From the NCBI GenBank assembly GCA_036172245.1, contig JAYWIR010000004.1:4216001-4280000 (forward strand): a stretch of DNA of 64,000 nucleotides, given 5' to 3'. Positions 1 to 13,299 of this stretch are shown one piece after another (the stretch's first letter is position 1; the number at the start of each line of letters is the position of its first letter). The notes below the pieces were generated by a model. The model had not been told where the DNA came from. It made no database searches and saw nothing but the letters and a program-made list of their open reading frames with translations. Origin of the DNA: Raillietiella orientalis. Its lineage: Eukaryota. Both the position numbers and the translations under genes were made by a program.

Positions 1-2308
1 AGAAGCATGAGATGCTCTGAAGACATGGAACTTCGAATGAAAACTACAGGCTTCGGCGAAAATACCTCATGGGTGGTACGCGTAAGTACAAGGAGTAATG
101 CGTCTTTGCGGATAACTCCCCACGTCCTCTATGTGATCAGCATGCTTCACACAAAACCTTTCCAAGAGTTTCTCGACTGGAGGTATTACCAGAATAATGA
201 TGAGCACATTCTGTGAAATTTCTTCCGCGAAACTTCCGCATCATTATTCCGATTTCTTAATCATTTTTGCAACAGTGTTTGTATTTTGTAGAGCAAACCT
301 TGATCCTCAAGTCCTGCAACACTCAAAGGACATTTACGTGTTCTGCCGATGTATAATCGGTATTTTGGGCGAAATCTGTTTCTGCCAATTCAAATGGTGG
401 CTGCCTCTGACAACCATCTTCTGATCCTCCGGAATCCCGATCAGATTTCTGCCGCCCTCAATCATCAAGGGATAGGCGTTTTGAGACGCGGTTTACCATG
501 TTACTGGCTGCTCAACACGTTCCCATTTCTTCAAAGAGTCTTCCTCGATGGTTCAAATGCTCTTCTCAAAATCTTTTCCCCTTTGGTTGGGAGTTGAAAT
601 GCTCGCGAGACGAGAGCAGGATCTATCGGTGAGCAATAAATGCTGCTACAGGGATGTGCAAACGGGGTGCAACCGGAAACCTGATGAAGACCCCGTGAGT
701 AAAATCATTTGCCAAAGAGTAAAGAAGAGTCATCGATTCGAAATTCCCTTCTGTCCAAATAATGTTACAATGAAGTGACCAATCGCATCATTCTTGGAGA
801 AAGTGATAGAATGGCGCAATGCCTTCGAAAGCTTTGTGCGTTTTTTTTTTTTTTTTTTTTTTCGGGTTTCGATTCATTGATATATAGGGATATGTTGGAA
901 TTGAATTCAGAATTATAATCGGCAAGTGAATTCATTTGAGAGGCTTCAGGAGGTGCACATGAGACGGGTTTGGAGCGCTCTGTGAGTACTCTGGCGGAAT
1001 CGGAAGAGTTTCAGTGCAGACGCTACTTGTGCATATTGATTTGCTACGTAGAATTCCCGAAGAGCTTCTGGAGATAAGCACTTTCTCGTTTCATAGCAAT
1101 GTAAAGATTTCCTAGCAAATTTAGGGAATTAGGGAATTTGAGATCAAGTCTGTTCACGAAATAGTGCATTTGTGCCGCTTTAGAACGCTTCGATTCCGAT
1201 TTTGGTAGTACTACGAAATGCATGCTTTCCATTTATCAACATGCGGAATATCACTTGTTGGAGTGACATGTATTTTTTGCTTGCAAATCAGGCCATTTTT
1301 TGACAGTCACGTGCACCTGTGTGTGTCTGGAGAGCGTGCGATCCCCGAACGTGATTCTCCATTTTCGAAAGGCTTACGAAGAACATCTAAGCCGCTATCC
1401 CGTGATTTTGACAAGCTTGAGCAAACGAGACTCTCACTCGGAGGTTCGCTTTCATTTTTCCAACTCCTGCGGACGCGCAGAAGATTCTTCCAGAAATCCG
1501 ATGGTGCTCCCAGCGCTCAGGGGAAGTGATCGTTTTTATGTCTCTGAGAAAGCGCACATCTTTGGCGAACACGTACGGACTTCTGCTCCAACTTGCGAGC
1601 TCTCAGGAGCCTTTCGGTTGCTTGCTTTCCACCGCCACCATCACCCAGCGTAAAAGTCAGATCGTGCGATGTGTGTGCCAAGAAAATCGCAGCACAATTT
1701 TCGAATCTCGTGGGAACGTCTTTGGCTTTCACCACGAACCAAGCCAGCCGCGCCAGGAACCCGAACGTGACTCTTTTCATCTGGAGCATGAAAGGGACTC
1801 AGAACCAGAAATTAGATACCGCTAATCTTCCTGTTTTTTGATGCTTTAATAGACGAAGATCCGAGGGTGGTCCTGTAAAGGAAAAAGCGGAAGGCGCTCA
1901 TGCTATATACACACCACTTTGCTTCCAAAATGCTGCGGCTGAAAACAACTTAAATTTTTTTCTTTTGCAGAGAGCCCCGAATTCATTTATCCACCCTCGT
2001 TTATTTTCTCACCTCTTTTTTTTTCTTTTAGATGATTTGAGAACCGACTGAGACGGCGCGGAGAATTTCCACGTTTTGCACTGTGAGAACTACATGTGAA
2101 AGTACTATTAAACGGGAAGCCTTGTATCAGAGCTAGCCTCGCTCCTTTTTGATCTGTGAAGGGATCAGATAGTTTGCATAGAAGTAGTTGAGTTTCGAGA
2201 TTTGGTGGGAGGACTCAGGAGATTTAGAGAGGAGGCAGAAACCTGGAAAAGGTAATGGAAAGTGGTCCACCGTGTCCGTAATCTCGAAGTCTTTCTTCAG
2301 CACAGAAA

Positions 2309-3445
2309 ATGGTTCTTTCTATCTTGGTGTTTCCCTTGCTTTGTGGATTGTTCCATGAGGCGGGTGCAAACAAAGTACTTACCGAAGAGAACGAAAAGCT
2401 GAGTTACTCCTTCTCTAACAAAAGCTCGAAATTCGACGATCCGATCCTCAAATACAACAGCACAAGTAGAAAAAACGAGAATCTTAGTGATTACCAGCCG
2501 TGGTTTCTGCGGAAAGGATACAGCGCATCCAAGGATACAGAAGAACAGAGCTCCCTTTTTCGAGGCAACGGCTTTGCAGATTTCCTTTTATCCTTTCTCA
2601 AAGTGTTAACTGACGAGAAGTTGGTAATGAAGTTCGTAGAGACAGTGACTGCAAGGGCAAGAACGTCAGAGGACGAGACAGATGAAGTTCATCACGCGAA
2701 GATTCAAGGCAATCTACTGGAGCAGTCCAGTTTCTATTCCGACCCATCTTTGAATACCTTCTTCCAAAAACTTTCATTCCATTTCCTGAATTCTCTAGTT
2801 GATCTGTTAATCGAGAAGGAAAATGATGACGGTGGGAAGGGTCGCAGCAACGAAGCTAACCCAGGACTCCCGGATAAAATTTCAGATCCGGAGAGCAGAG
2901 ACGGGGTGCTGAAAGCTTTGAACGAGACTCTGAAAATGCTCGAACTGGTGCAGACTTTCCTTGAAGCAGGGGATCAAAGAAAGAATGATGATCCATCCAT
3001 CATAAATGGTCCTACGGGATCTCTGATAGATGAACTTTTTCCCGCACCGTCAGAGACCAACCCAGAAGTCACTGAGCCTCTGCTCAGGCGTTCAAAAAGG
3101 AAATTAAAACGTGGCATTATTCCTGTTGCCCAACCCATGTTAGGGAGGAGGGGCGTAAACTTTGGGATTTCTTCTCTCTTATCAGGAGTTGAAGAGACAT
3201 TGCTCAGACTTTTCTCATCGTTCGGATCTCTTTCGCAGTCTCTAGGACGGTCGGCTGGTGATTCCTCTTCCTTAGATGAGGGAGGGTTTTCCTTCTCAAG
3301 GAAAATCATGAAAATAATTGACGCTGTGCTGAGAAATGCTATTGTCAGCCTGATTAGCAGGATCATTGAAATGATCATCAGACAGCTCACTTCCTTGAGA
3401 GACACCAAACAAAGTAATAGTACCAGTAATTCACTAGATGGATAG
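2309..3445 (+). CDS. Secreted orphan precursor, 378 aa, single coding exon: signal peptide, acidic N-glycosylated pro-region, furin-type site RRSKRKLKR, C-terminal amphipathic helices
   Basis: Long ATG-to-TAG ORF; N-terminus MVLSILVFPLLCGLFHEAGA; sequons NKS, NST, NLS, NET; RRSKR at 3086-3100; AATAAA ~110 nt after the stop. Confidence 0.8.
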   Translation: MVLSILVFPLLCGLFHEAGANKVLTEENEKLSYSFSNKSSKFDDPILKYNSTSRKNENLSDYQPWFLRKGYSASKDTEEQSSLFRGNGFADFLLSFLKVLTDEKLVMKFVETVTARARTSEDETDEVHHAKIQGNLLEQSSFYSDPSLNTFFQKLSFHFLNSLVDLLIEKENDDGGKGRSNEANPGLPDKISDPESRDGVLKALNETLKMLELVQTFLEAGDQRKNDDPSIINGPTGSLIDELFPAPSETNPEVTEPLLRRSKRKLKRGIIPVAQPMLGRRGVNFGISSLLSGVEETLLRLFSSFGSLSQSLGRSAGDSSSLDEGGFSFSRKIMKIIDAVLRNAIVSLISRIIEMIIRQLTSLRDTKQSNSTSNSLDG

Positions 3446-3557
3446 CAGGATTTAACCAGTGATTTCAACGGAGATTTAAGAAACGGGAACTGTATTCTGA
3501 TAACATGTCAAATTAGCAGAGAATTACAGATTCCAATCAAGGACGTTGAACTGTAAG

Positions 3558-3563
3558 AATAAA
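3558..3563 (+). promoter_or_regulatory. Polyadenylation signal of the 2309-3445 gene
   Basis: AATAAA 113 nt downstream of the stop, followed by T/GT-rich sequence. Confidence 0.5.
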
Positions 3564-3784
3564 AATTTCCAAAATTGTTTATTCCTAAGTGCAAGTTGTG
3601 ATTTCGCGCCAAATGACCATGTGGGCAGGCTAAGAGGGCGGAGTTGATGGAAAAATAAAAACCTTAAAATGAAAAGTTAAAATCGAAAGTAAAAGTAATC
3701 CCATCTTGAAATGAGAAGCTACGCTAGAATAAAAGAAAAAATTCTTTGTAAAAAAATTTGCTTCTTTCGAATTCTCCAAGACAT

Positions 3785-4099
3785 AGTCTCACGATCCCTT
3801 GACTTTTGCTAACAACCCCAAGTTCACCCGGCTACCGTTCCCATAACTTCACGGGTACAAGTTTCAGCTTCATTCCTGAATCCAGATTGGGAAACCTAAT
3901 GACTATTCGAACAAGGAGCAGCTCTGTGTGTTACTAACCGAACTTTCACATTCAAGTGCGCACGTATAGGAGCAAAACGATTCTTCCGAGGGCTATTCAT
4001 TTTGAATCTGCAGATACGAGCTTGCTGTGGGAACTTTACGCAGCCGTTCCAAGAGTAATGAGCTTTTAAAAAGGCACGGAGATCCACATTTTGCATCAC
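3785..4099 (-). mobile_element. Decayed LINE reverse-transcriptase fragment
   Basis: Stop-interrupted LGFPIWIQE*S*NLY...NGS...KGS* resembles the L1/Tx1 segment GF..WI..LY...NG...RGVRQG. Confidence 0.3.
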
Positions 4100-5612
4100 A
4101 TCACATCAGTCGTCAGGCATAACGTTAGGAGATGTCCTCCGTTTTTTTCCTCTGATGGCAAAAGTGCGTTGCAGCTTTTTGTTTCGAAAAATAACTCGTG
4201 ATGAAACGAACAGCTCTGAGCTGTGCAAAAGCATCACGAAGATATTCATAGCAAAGGCAGCTGGCTGTCAACGTCAGCGGTCATCAACATCACTGGTCTT
4301 CTGTTTCACTATGCGAATCGATTCATTTTGAAGAAAATTACTGGGGGACTCGGTTTATATTTATCTTTCGTTTAAGTGAATTGGAAAAAAAAGAAATTTT
4401 CAGAGCGCGCATGCCATCAATTCTGTGCTAATGGTATGTTTGGAATTATTGAGGCAAACACGAAGGTTTATTTGTTTTCTATCTGCCTGTACCTCTGGCC
4501 ATCGACTTGGAGCAGTGGTCGTGTAGTGCGAGTTGGGAGAAGGCCTGTCCTGATTCGGGTGAGTTTGGAAAAATCGGAGCCTGGCTGCTTTCTTTCGTGA
4601 CCGTGACACCCGTTTAGAAATGCTGCACAGCTCCAGGATGCTCCTTGAGAAGGGAATCCGAAAAACCGCAGAATTCCAACTACCAAATCCTCCGACTTTC
4701 TCAGTTGCCTTCTTCAAATACTTCCGTATTCAGCAGAATGAAAGTCAATGTTCCTGGGAAGCCACATGGACAAAGTGATCTTCCAACATTGTGGGCAGCT
4801 CTGCCAAGGTGCAAAGTGTTAAGCAGCATGAGGTTGCGTATCGTTGCAATATGCTTTCTTTTTTAGGAACATCATTTTTCATACAACCTTGAAAATTACC
4901 GCCATTTTTCCCCTACCGGCGGCGTTATACTGTTGAAATCCTGGTACATGTCCATCTACAACTCGAAATTCTTTTGCGAAAACTGCTGCAGCATCGGTAT
5001 CTTTTTAAATAACGGATTTCTTAGGTTGCATGTGTTCGATACGGAATTCGATTTTCACTTTCATGTTGGTTGCTATCGCTTCTGACTAGTGCCCCGCTAA
5101 AAGATGTACGTAAATGTACGAAAGTCATACTTCATCAGGATCGTTGATGGTGTGTGATTATCACAAAACTCCTCCAATCTCGGAAAAGATGTACGTGGTT
5201 TCCTGATGGGACCACTGGTCTGATGCATTTTCATTTGCTGACATTCAACTGCTTCGTGCGTGCTCTCAAAAACGGTCGATTATTACATCAGTTGGATCTC
5301 ATCTCACATCCAACAGATTCGGATTCCATGGTTACAAAAAAAAAAATAAAAAATCGTTGCCTTTCATCTAGACAACAAAAAAACCACTTGCTCTGGGAAT
5401 GCTCTGTGAACTTTCCCAATCGGCGTTTCTTGTGGCTCAGCGTATTCTATTTATGCTCTGTAATCCTTCCCTCAATTCCGAATTCAATTATTAAAGTTCC
5501 GGGATCCGAGTGGTCATCCTGCAAGTAGAAAATCAGGGAGAGAGTGCTCCTACTTTAGCTTCTTCTTATTACGGCACCAATTTAGGGTAGGGTCCTTTTT
5601 AGTCAAATACAT

Positions 5613-6400
5613 TTATGTGTCCAGCTGTGCCACCTTCAAAACACCCGTAAAGATGTCCCCAAATGAACTCGTGGACTGAAATGCACGTTCACCGCAAGAA
5701 TGCGGTAATGAGATGACCACGTTTGCTCGTAACTGTGGCTTGTAAAACCGGAGGAGGATTCGAATAGTCAGTCGAAAAGGGCGCCGTGGTATCAGACATG
5801 CTGCAGAATGTTCCCAAACAAAACGGAGTCCCACATTGCTCAGCCGTACACTACGTGAGTGACGGGCAATGTCTCTTGACCATGCGAGTTCTGCTGTGAT
5901 CGAATCTAGAGTGGCGCTTGCCTGAAAGCAAAAACCCAGTCGGTCACAGAGGCTGGTGGCTGCATAGCCAAGTTCAGTGAACTGATGGTCATCAACTTTC
6001 AGCTTTTTGAATGCTAATATCGTGGCGGAAGCGTTCCCGGGTGTGAAAGCTCTTGAAGCCACACGCAGAAAAGTGCAAGTGGACCCAACGTGGGTGACGG
6101 CGGCAGGTGAAAGCACTCGCAGGGAATCGAATCATGTGCGCGGGATCTAGCGAAGCGAAAAACTTCAGAAAAGAGATCCCTGAGATCCCTGAGAAGAGAT
6201 CCCTAGGATCCCTGAGAAGTTCTCATACGAAGTTTCGACTTCCCAAGATCTGCCATCTGTCCAGAAAGTCTGCAACACACCACTGCACTGGAGATGGCAT
6301 CAAGCCATTCACGGAAGAAATGTATCGATTCGAGTTTCCTTTCGGCCTCGGGAACAAGCACCTATTGGGAGCTTACACGAGCACATTTGTTCGAGGGAAA
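5613..6400 (-). mobile_element. Decayed L1/Tx1-like ORF2 remnant (endonuclease end plus RT)
   Basis: ETRIDTFL (cf. SRIDY), TILAFKK, ISSLN in a shifted frame (cf. RPISLLN), SRDI, FYKPQLRANVVISLP...GERAFQ (cf. LY...VNG..S...RGVRQG), in the expected order. Confidence 0.5.
6171..6218. repeat. Short imperfect tandem repeat of GAGATCCCT-like units
   Basis: aagagatccctgagatccctgagaagagatccctaggatccctgagaa read directly. Confidence 0.7.
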
Positions 6401-6860
6401 TTTCCTTCCGAACCAGCAGAACCATTCATTCACCAAGCAATCCCGTAAACGATAAATGCTAAGATTTTTATCAGAAGGGAGGTTCTGGCATTCAATTCCG
6501 CATTGCCACACCGGAGCGTCTCGAAGAGTTTGAATATTTGCCATTCAGATGCAAAAACTCCAATGGATTGATTCCATATTATACATAATCCAAACAAGAG
6601 TTTGCTCATTTTGCCCCTCGCCCACTCTCTCTCTCTCTTCTTTTTTTGAAGATTAATTGCAGTTCGTTTTGTTCAAGAAAGCAACTGAAGGGACCAATTT
6701 TCCTCAAAGGAACGCAAAACAGATGTGTTTCAGGAAATCTTCAAATCGGATGCATTAAAAAACGCATAGCTCTTTTCTCAGAACTTTAATGTATTTGGGA
6801 AAATCCTTCTTCTAATACAGTGATCCATCTAACCGAACCACTGGAGAGTTTTGTCGCGCG

Positions 6861-7845
6861 TCTTCTCTTTGACAGAAATCTTCCTTGCAAAGGGCTGAAA
6901 TGTGGAGTCTCGTGGCTACGTATCTTGTTCATCGGCACTCGTCTTCCACATCACCTCCACCGTCTTTTAAGGCTCTCTGCCGGAACCAGGCCCTGTGTTT
7001 CTTGTCGACACAAGTCCTCTGAGGTTCGCCGGCGCCTGGCTGAATGCTGAAGAACTGAGGAAAGACTGGGTAGCGCCCCCGTCCGCAAACCGACGCGGGC
7101 GCCTGGCTCTCCCCTGCGCGAGAAAACGGGGGGCGTCTTCTTGCCGTTTCGTCTTCTTGGACGAAACGGCCTTCCGGAGCCGGAAGCGGCGCGCCGTTTG
7201 CGCCCTGCTTCGCGATGCCGGCGAAAGGAAGGCACGTCCCGCCCGGCTCACCCACCCACCGTCTTTGCTTGCTGGGGAGGCCGTCTTGGATTTCGCCTCG
7301 AGAGGTCGCACGATGCCACTCGGAGAAGGACCGCTTCTCCGTTCCCGTCTCCAAGAGATCGGTTCTCTTCGCGCGTTTCATCCCCAAGCGCAGTGCGACG
7401 TCGCTCGCGTCACGCCGAGCTGCTGGCAGCTCTTCCCGAGATCTCTCCCGAGATCGTGTGCTGGCTATCGCGAAGCAAACCGTGAGAGGCACAGCTTCCC
7501 CCTGGTTCCGGGACAACCGATTCCTCCGTCCGCTCCAAGAGTCGGCTCTCCACCTGTCTTTTTTGACCGCTCTCCACGTTCGTCCCGAAAGTGCGGTCTC
7601 CGCGAGCGTTATCTGAGCGCTGCGGGTGTCCGTCGCTGTTTCTTGCTCGGGGACTCTCCCGGAGATCCTGGCGGCTGTGGGTGCAAGTTGTGCTTGTGAC
7701 GCAATCGGCCATTCCCACGGCACCCTGAACGCCGATCGCACTGGTGACATCTGAGGGCGCGTTCGGAAACTCCGTGATCGAAGGGTGAAGTCTTCAAAAA
7801 CGGAAACTCGAAAACTGAAGTCGCCATTCCCGCTTGCTTTCAAAG
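6861..7845 (+). repeat. Copy 1 of a ~985-bp GC/CpG-rich direct repeat; contains a degenerate LINE ORF1 (RRM plus zinc-knuckle)-like frame at 6995-7699
   Basis: All ORF translations match those at 57515-58429; the only difference I saw is one extra G near the 5' end of copy 2; GQPIPP...SRKCGLRE...RRCFLLGD..GDPGGC resembles Tx1 ORF1 tandem CCHC knuckles with lost ligands. Confidence 0.9.
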
Positions 7846-10800
7846 TTTTTTAAACAAATGGAGCCTATTTTATGGAATGGCTGCAGGACAATTTTTGATT
7901 ACTCATTATTATGTGGTTATTATTGTTTAGACGACAGATGTTCTAAAGAAGGAAGCTGATTGTGTAAGAGAATTTCATGGTTAACATCTCTATACTGTTG
8001 ACCACCGATTTGTAGTTGTGGCCTCTGATCGATGAAATTTCTTCAAAATGAGAGCTTAAGAACTTATCCATTCCAACAAAGAAACATCTTTACGGGAGTG
8101 ACCATTCAACTCGTCAACCAGTCATTGCAAGCATCATCTTCCAAAAGGGTTGCAGGAGTTTCTACAGTCTTGTGGGAGATGCAACTTTAAGGAATCAACT
8201 TCCGAGCATCAGGACATGTTTCTGTGAGCTTGCTAGTGATTCTAAACAGCGTGAAGAGTAAGTTTTCTTGTACTGTCTGACCCCTGTCAACCAGGAAGCG
8301 ACGATGGTCATTAAAGAGTGAGGACACGAGAGAGTAAGATGGTGCTTGTCAAGAATCAGTTGTCCATTGTAGTCACATCTGTAGAAAAGTAAGTCATATC
8401 CACCACAGTCAGCTAAGTCACATCTGTATTCTCCTGCCACTAAAACAGCAAGTTCTTGGGTTTCGCAAGCAATCCTTTGTATCCTAGGAACAGCAGTCGT
8501 GACATATTTAAAGGTGCTACCTTTTTCGAGATGGTTTTGTTCCAGTGAGTTCATGCTAAGCAAATTACCAGAAACCAGAGAAAAGAATGAATCCCTCTCT
8601 TTTTTTTTTGGAATTCTTTACAAATCTTCGAGCTCCGATTACTGAAAAACAGCCAACAGATAAGGTTCGTTCTAGCATTTTCTTAGTTTATCCATTTGAG
8701 GTTCCAGCCGGTCTCTTCCTTAATCATACTGATGGCATAGCATCAACCGAAAAGTGGGCATGTTGTATGCCACTATAGAAAAGCTGGATCTCGTGAACAG
8801 ACTGCATGTTTTCGTATGCCATCATGCGTGTAATCAAATTGCAAATAAATGGAGTTTAGCCGTTGCCATGCATTTTCTAATTCGCTTGTGGACTGCGAGC
8901 TGCATCTTAAATCACAGATCTAAAGGATTCAATTTCCAGAAAATAAAGAACCAAGAGGAATACCGTAGCTGCAGAAAGCATGTCAGCATCTGCGTCTACT
9001 TGCCACCAACTCTTCCATGCAACTGTAGCTTCCACAAATCAAAGTATCATAGTATAAATAAATCGTATTATCATGAAATACACGGAAGTGCCTTTTTTTA
9101 AGAGAAATAATTCCTTTTCATAAAAGTGTTCTTTTTCATTTAGAAATCTTCCATCAGCAAGCAGATTGCTGTGGACCTGCTTATCACATACTTTCAAGTT
9201 TCATTCGAAAGTGCAATAAAATGCCTCCAGCCTTCAGAAAAACCTTTCAGACATCAGACATCTTGTAATCATTCCGTGCTCCAATATCTATTGAGGAATA
9301 GAAGCAATAAGAACAAGAGATTGAGAAAAACTCAGTTTTGACCACTTCCATCACAGAAGGGTGTGATGAGCAGTGAGTAAACATAGATGTAGGTCTGAGA
9401 TTTATTTGAGCATGAGAATGGAGAGGCTTTCACTAATTTAAACGAAGAAACGAAAGTTAGCAGGGGCTACAGAGGTCGGAGTAAACACAATACACAGAAT
9501 AGGGACACTTCTGTGCATCTTTCGATAACTTTGCCTTCTCATTACTTCCAGCTGATTATATGTGGCATTGGTGACTAATCGTTTATTTTGCCATTTCAAC
9601 GCACCATGGTTTCATGGTGCAGCTTGAAATCCCATCCTCAAATTTAAGAAGAGATTGAGCACTGTGGCATCTACTGTGGGATCATGAAAGAGATTGGATA
9701 ATAATAGCCAAATGACTGGTTGTCCTCTCACTTTGCAGGAATTTTTTTCCAACGCATCTGACAGTCGACTTAATGGTACTTTTTTGCTAACAGACGGAGA
9801 GTAGAGCTTGGATGGGCTCCGTTAAAGCATCACGGTTGTTCTTTCTTTGAAATGGAAGACTCCCATTAGCTGCTCAACCTACTTGTGCCTTTTGTGCTGA
9901 ACAAAAGAAGCAGTCACCAGAGATAACGACAAGCATAAGACGAGAAGAACTCAATTCCAGATGTTCCACAGTTCCGTTTCCTTCTGCAGCTTCTTGAGGG
10001 AAGTTTGCCGATACTCCAATCCAAGAACTCCTTTTCATAATTTATCCAACTCGATCCCAGCTCTGATTTTCACAAGCAGCGTGTGGCATTCAGACTTAAT
10101 TCTTCAGCCCTTTGCTCTCCGAGACATTGTCTAAATGCAAACTTGGATACCAAGATGACGCTTTCATAGAGGGAGGAAGGTTTTTAGAAGTTTTGAGCAC
10201 ACGAGTCTTTGGAATTACATGATTATAAACATACTCTTTGTATTTAAGTATTTAATTATCGGGAAAAATACATTAAAATATTTAACATACTAAAGAATCC
10301 AAATATTCATTATAAGAAATGTATTACGAAACTGAGACGTCGGAGAGGAACCACAGTGTTGTAAATTTTGATTTTAGACTCTTGGAGCGGCTGACGGTCA
10401 GTGCTGACTGCTGAAGAAGCAAGAAGCATTCGGTAACGATGCTTAAACAGAAAATCTCCCTCATGACGTCCCTCAACGTTCGATGAGATCAAAACTAATG
10501 GGAGCTTCTGTGATGAACATCAATCATGGACAGATAGCAGAATCCAGTAAGGTACCGGAAAAGGACCGGTTTCAGCACACAAGAATTCTGCGCACGTGTT
10601 TTTGTCTTTCAGGGTTGTAGTTGGCATTCAAGGTCATGAGTCAAACATTATTTCATGGCTGCTACATATGTTATGTATGATTAAAATCCATGATTTCTGT
10701 GCTCCACAGAAGGACAGTCAACACACAACCTGATAGTTAATAATATGGTGTTTAATAAAGTGTGTTTAAGTGGCAGGATGCAGTAACCATAACTGTGCAT

Positions 10801-13299
10801 CGCATTAGTGTTCAACTTGTCAGAAAGTGGGAAATATCTCATAAGCGCATCAGAAATACTTTTCTCAGCACCGGGATGAGGTGGAGCTTCCTTACAAAAA
10901 ACAGTCAGGGTCCTATCCAGAAAAATGATGACGCGATAGAATTTACACCGGGAGACGGAGATGTAAGTTAATGAGCATTGGAAGAAGTTCGCGTCTCTTC
11001 CTAGAGTCCTTATCGAGAGCGAGGATACTGGCTGGGATAGGTTCTCATGCTGGTAGATGCTTCCATGGGAAAGCTTCAAGAAACATCTCGGATGAGAAGT
11101 TTCCACCAGAATCCTGGATGCAGGATTCGGCGTACGTGCAAGTACCGAATTTTTATGACCCATGACCCCGATATTGACAAACTGAGAAGCGTTGATTCCA
11201 AGTTCTCGGGAACAAGAGCTTAAAATTTCATCATAGTTGATCGGAAAGATCCATCATCAACAACTCTTTGGTATGCATAGTGAAAGAAAGAGTCCTTGCT
11301 CTTGCAGACGTGATCAAGGTCACACAGAATTCAAGCGTGTTGGTCAAAACTTCCACCAAACTAAAAATCCTATTTTTCATGATGAAAAAAAGCCGGGAAA
11401 TCGAAAAACCACCATCATGGCTTGGAATCGGATCTTCAGAACCTGGGAAAGTCTAGAAACTCAACGATTAGATTGGGTCTAAAAACAAATTTCTGAAGGA
11501 TCGTTTGGCAGTATCGTAAACAAATGATCATCAGTGATTTGAGATTCAGAATTCATGACTTCTGGCTGCCACTTAGATTTATACATGTTACAGTGACCCC
11601 ATTAAATGGGTAGGAAACACAGAAAAGAGTCCCTGAATAACGTGTGCAGATGTAGACTCACTTGAGCTCAGAAATCAGAAAGGGTTTAAAATCGATAATT
11701 ATTCAAACGCATAAAATATCTGAATGCAATTCATCCTAGCAGTAAAACTGGGACCAATGTGCACCAGAAAAGGATGAACTCGAGAGTATGCTTGGAAGGA
11801 AAGGAGATCCAACACAAAACGGGATGATCTAAATTTGCAGGGCACCAAGATCACTGTATGCTGAATAAACAACTAATGAAGGGGGGATGCGGGAAAGCAT
11901 CTTAACCCGATAGAAGGTCCGTATTTCTTGTACATTTTTCAAAATGAAGAAGCATGCAAGACCATGAACCACAACAAGAATGACGGATGGAGAAAGTTGG
12001 AAGGGTCAAACGCAAGTCAGATGGCAACAGTTTCTAGAAATGCCACAATTTCATAGGGCTCATATTTTTGGCCTATTTCTCCTGAGATGTTGACCTGCAC
12101 GAATCGCCAGTATTACGTTGCATTGGCTTATCCTGAGTTCATTTGCAATCCGAATTTGTATCCGCATTTTCCTTTGTGAGAGCTTAAGACTTTTGTTTCC
12201 CGATCCATCGATGTCACTTCCTGTGTCCGGAGATCCTTCCTTCCAGCAGCTCCGAATAAACCGGTTACAAACTGGTGCTCGTGAATGAGCTGTTCTTGCG
12301 ATTACCGTCTTCACTCGTGATCCATGTATACGGATATGTCCTGAACATAGCCATATACGTGATGTTTATTTGACCAACTGACTTTGTTTAGTTCTTGGAA
12401 GCCTTTTGAACATTACCAAGAAAACTTTTGGAATACGGTATAAATTGTGGGTCTAAAGCTATATTTCACTCTCTTGTTTGCCCATGATCTCACAGGTCCT
12501 GGTGGTCGCTAGTACACTCACTTCCTCGAACAACTCTCGGAAGACTTTATGGTGCTTTTCCGGATATGTCCTTTACACGTTCTGTTTATTCACTTTGGTT
12601 TCTAATTTGATGCTTTTCCAGAGTTCATATTGCATTCCTCTCCACCCAAAGCACACTTAGGGTTAGCGGAGCCGAAGGAAGAACAAGCCGCCGGAATGTA
12701 AGAAGATATGAAGAAGAAAAGATATTGAAAATGAAGATATTTTATCATTCACTGATTTTCACCGCGCGGTTCAAAAGCGTTTTTATGCGTTTTGAAACTC
12801 CGTCCTGTTGCGGCTTCCCATCCATTTTCCAGCTTTTTCCGGAATCTCGTAAACCTGTTTTCTCATTTAACTTTGACTTGGGGAGCTCCCCCTTCAAGAA
12901 CCGCTCTCTCAAAATGTCGTGTCATGTCCTCTCGTTCTCGAAGTCATGGATAGTACGCTTTGTCTTCCCTGTTGGACAGTGGAGAGATCGTCCCTCATTT
13001 GCTTGGTCGATATGTTGTCTACAGCTGATCATTGTATTAGAAGTTTTTGTCCTGAATGCGATTCATGGGATGCTTGGTCTCGACAGTGAGAGTCTTGGAC
13101 GCGCACACAGTCGGAGATACACCGAAAAAAAATACCCCACAAGACCCCGCGACAGAGGGCGACACGTTTTTCTACATGCACATGGATCTCTTCGTACTGA
13201 AATGATAATTTTCAGCATCCTGCATTGAAAGTTAGAATGAATTATGGCCATGGCTTAGTGGAGTTTGAATATCTCCGTTTCCCTTGCCAATAGGTAAGC

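Noticed and set aside
2974..3468. Antisense ORFs here and at 16598-17056 and 39660-40208
   Set aside because: Shadows of longer sense ORFs that have coherent protein features
6929..7843. 304-aa minus ORF (and its copy at 57515-58429) as a gene
   Set aside because: Starts at TTG, Arg/Ala/Ser-rich as expected for GC-rich antisense sequence; the plus frame carries the ORF1-like motifs
6861..7845. Helitron or solo LTR identity for the repeat
   Set aside because: Starts TC but lacks the CTRR end, a clear hairpin and a consistent A/T target; no TG...CA ends or target-site duplication
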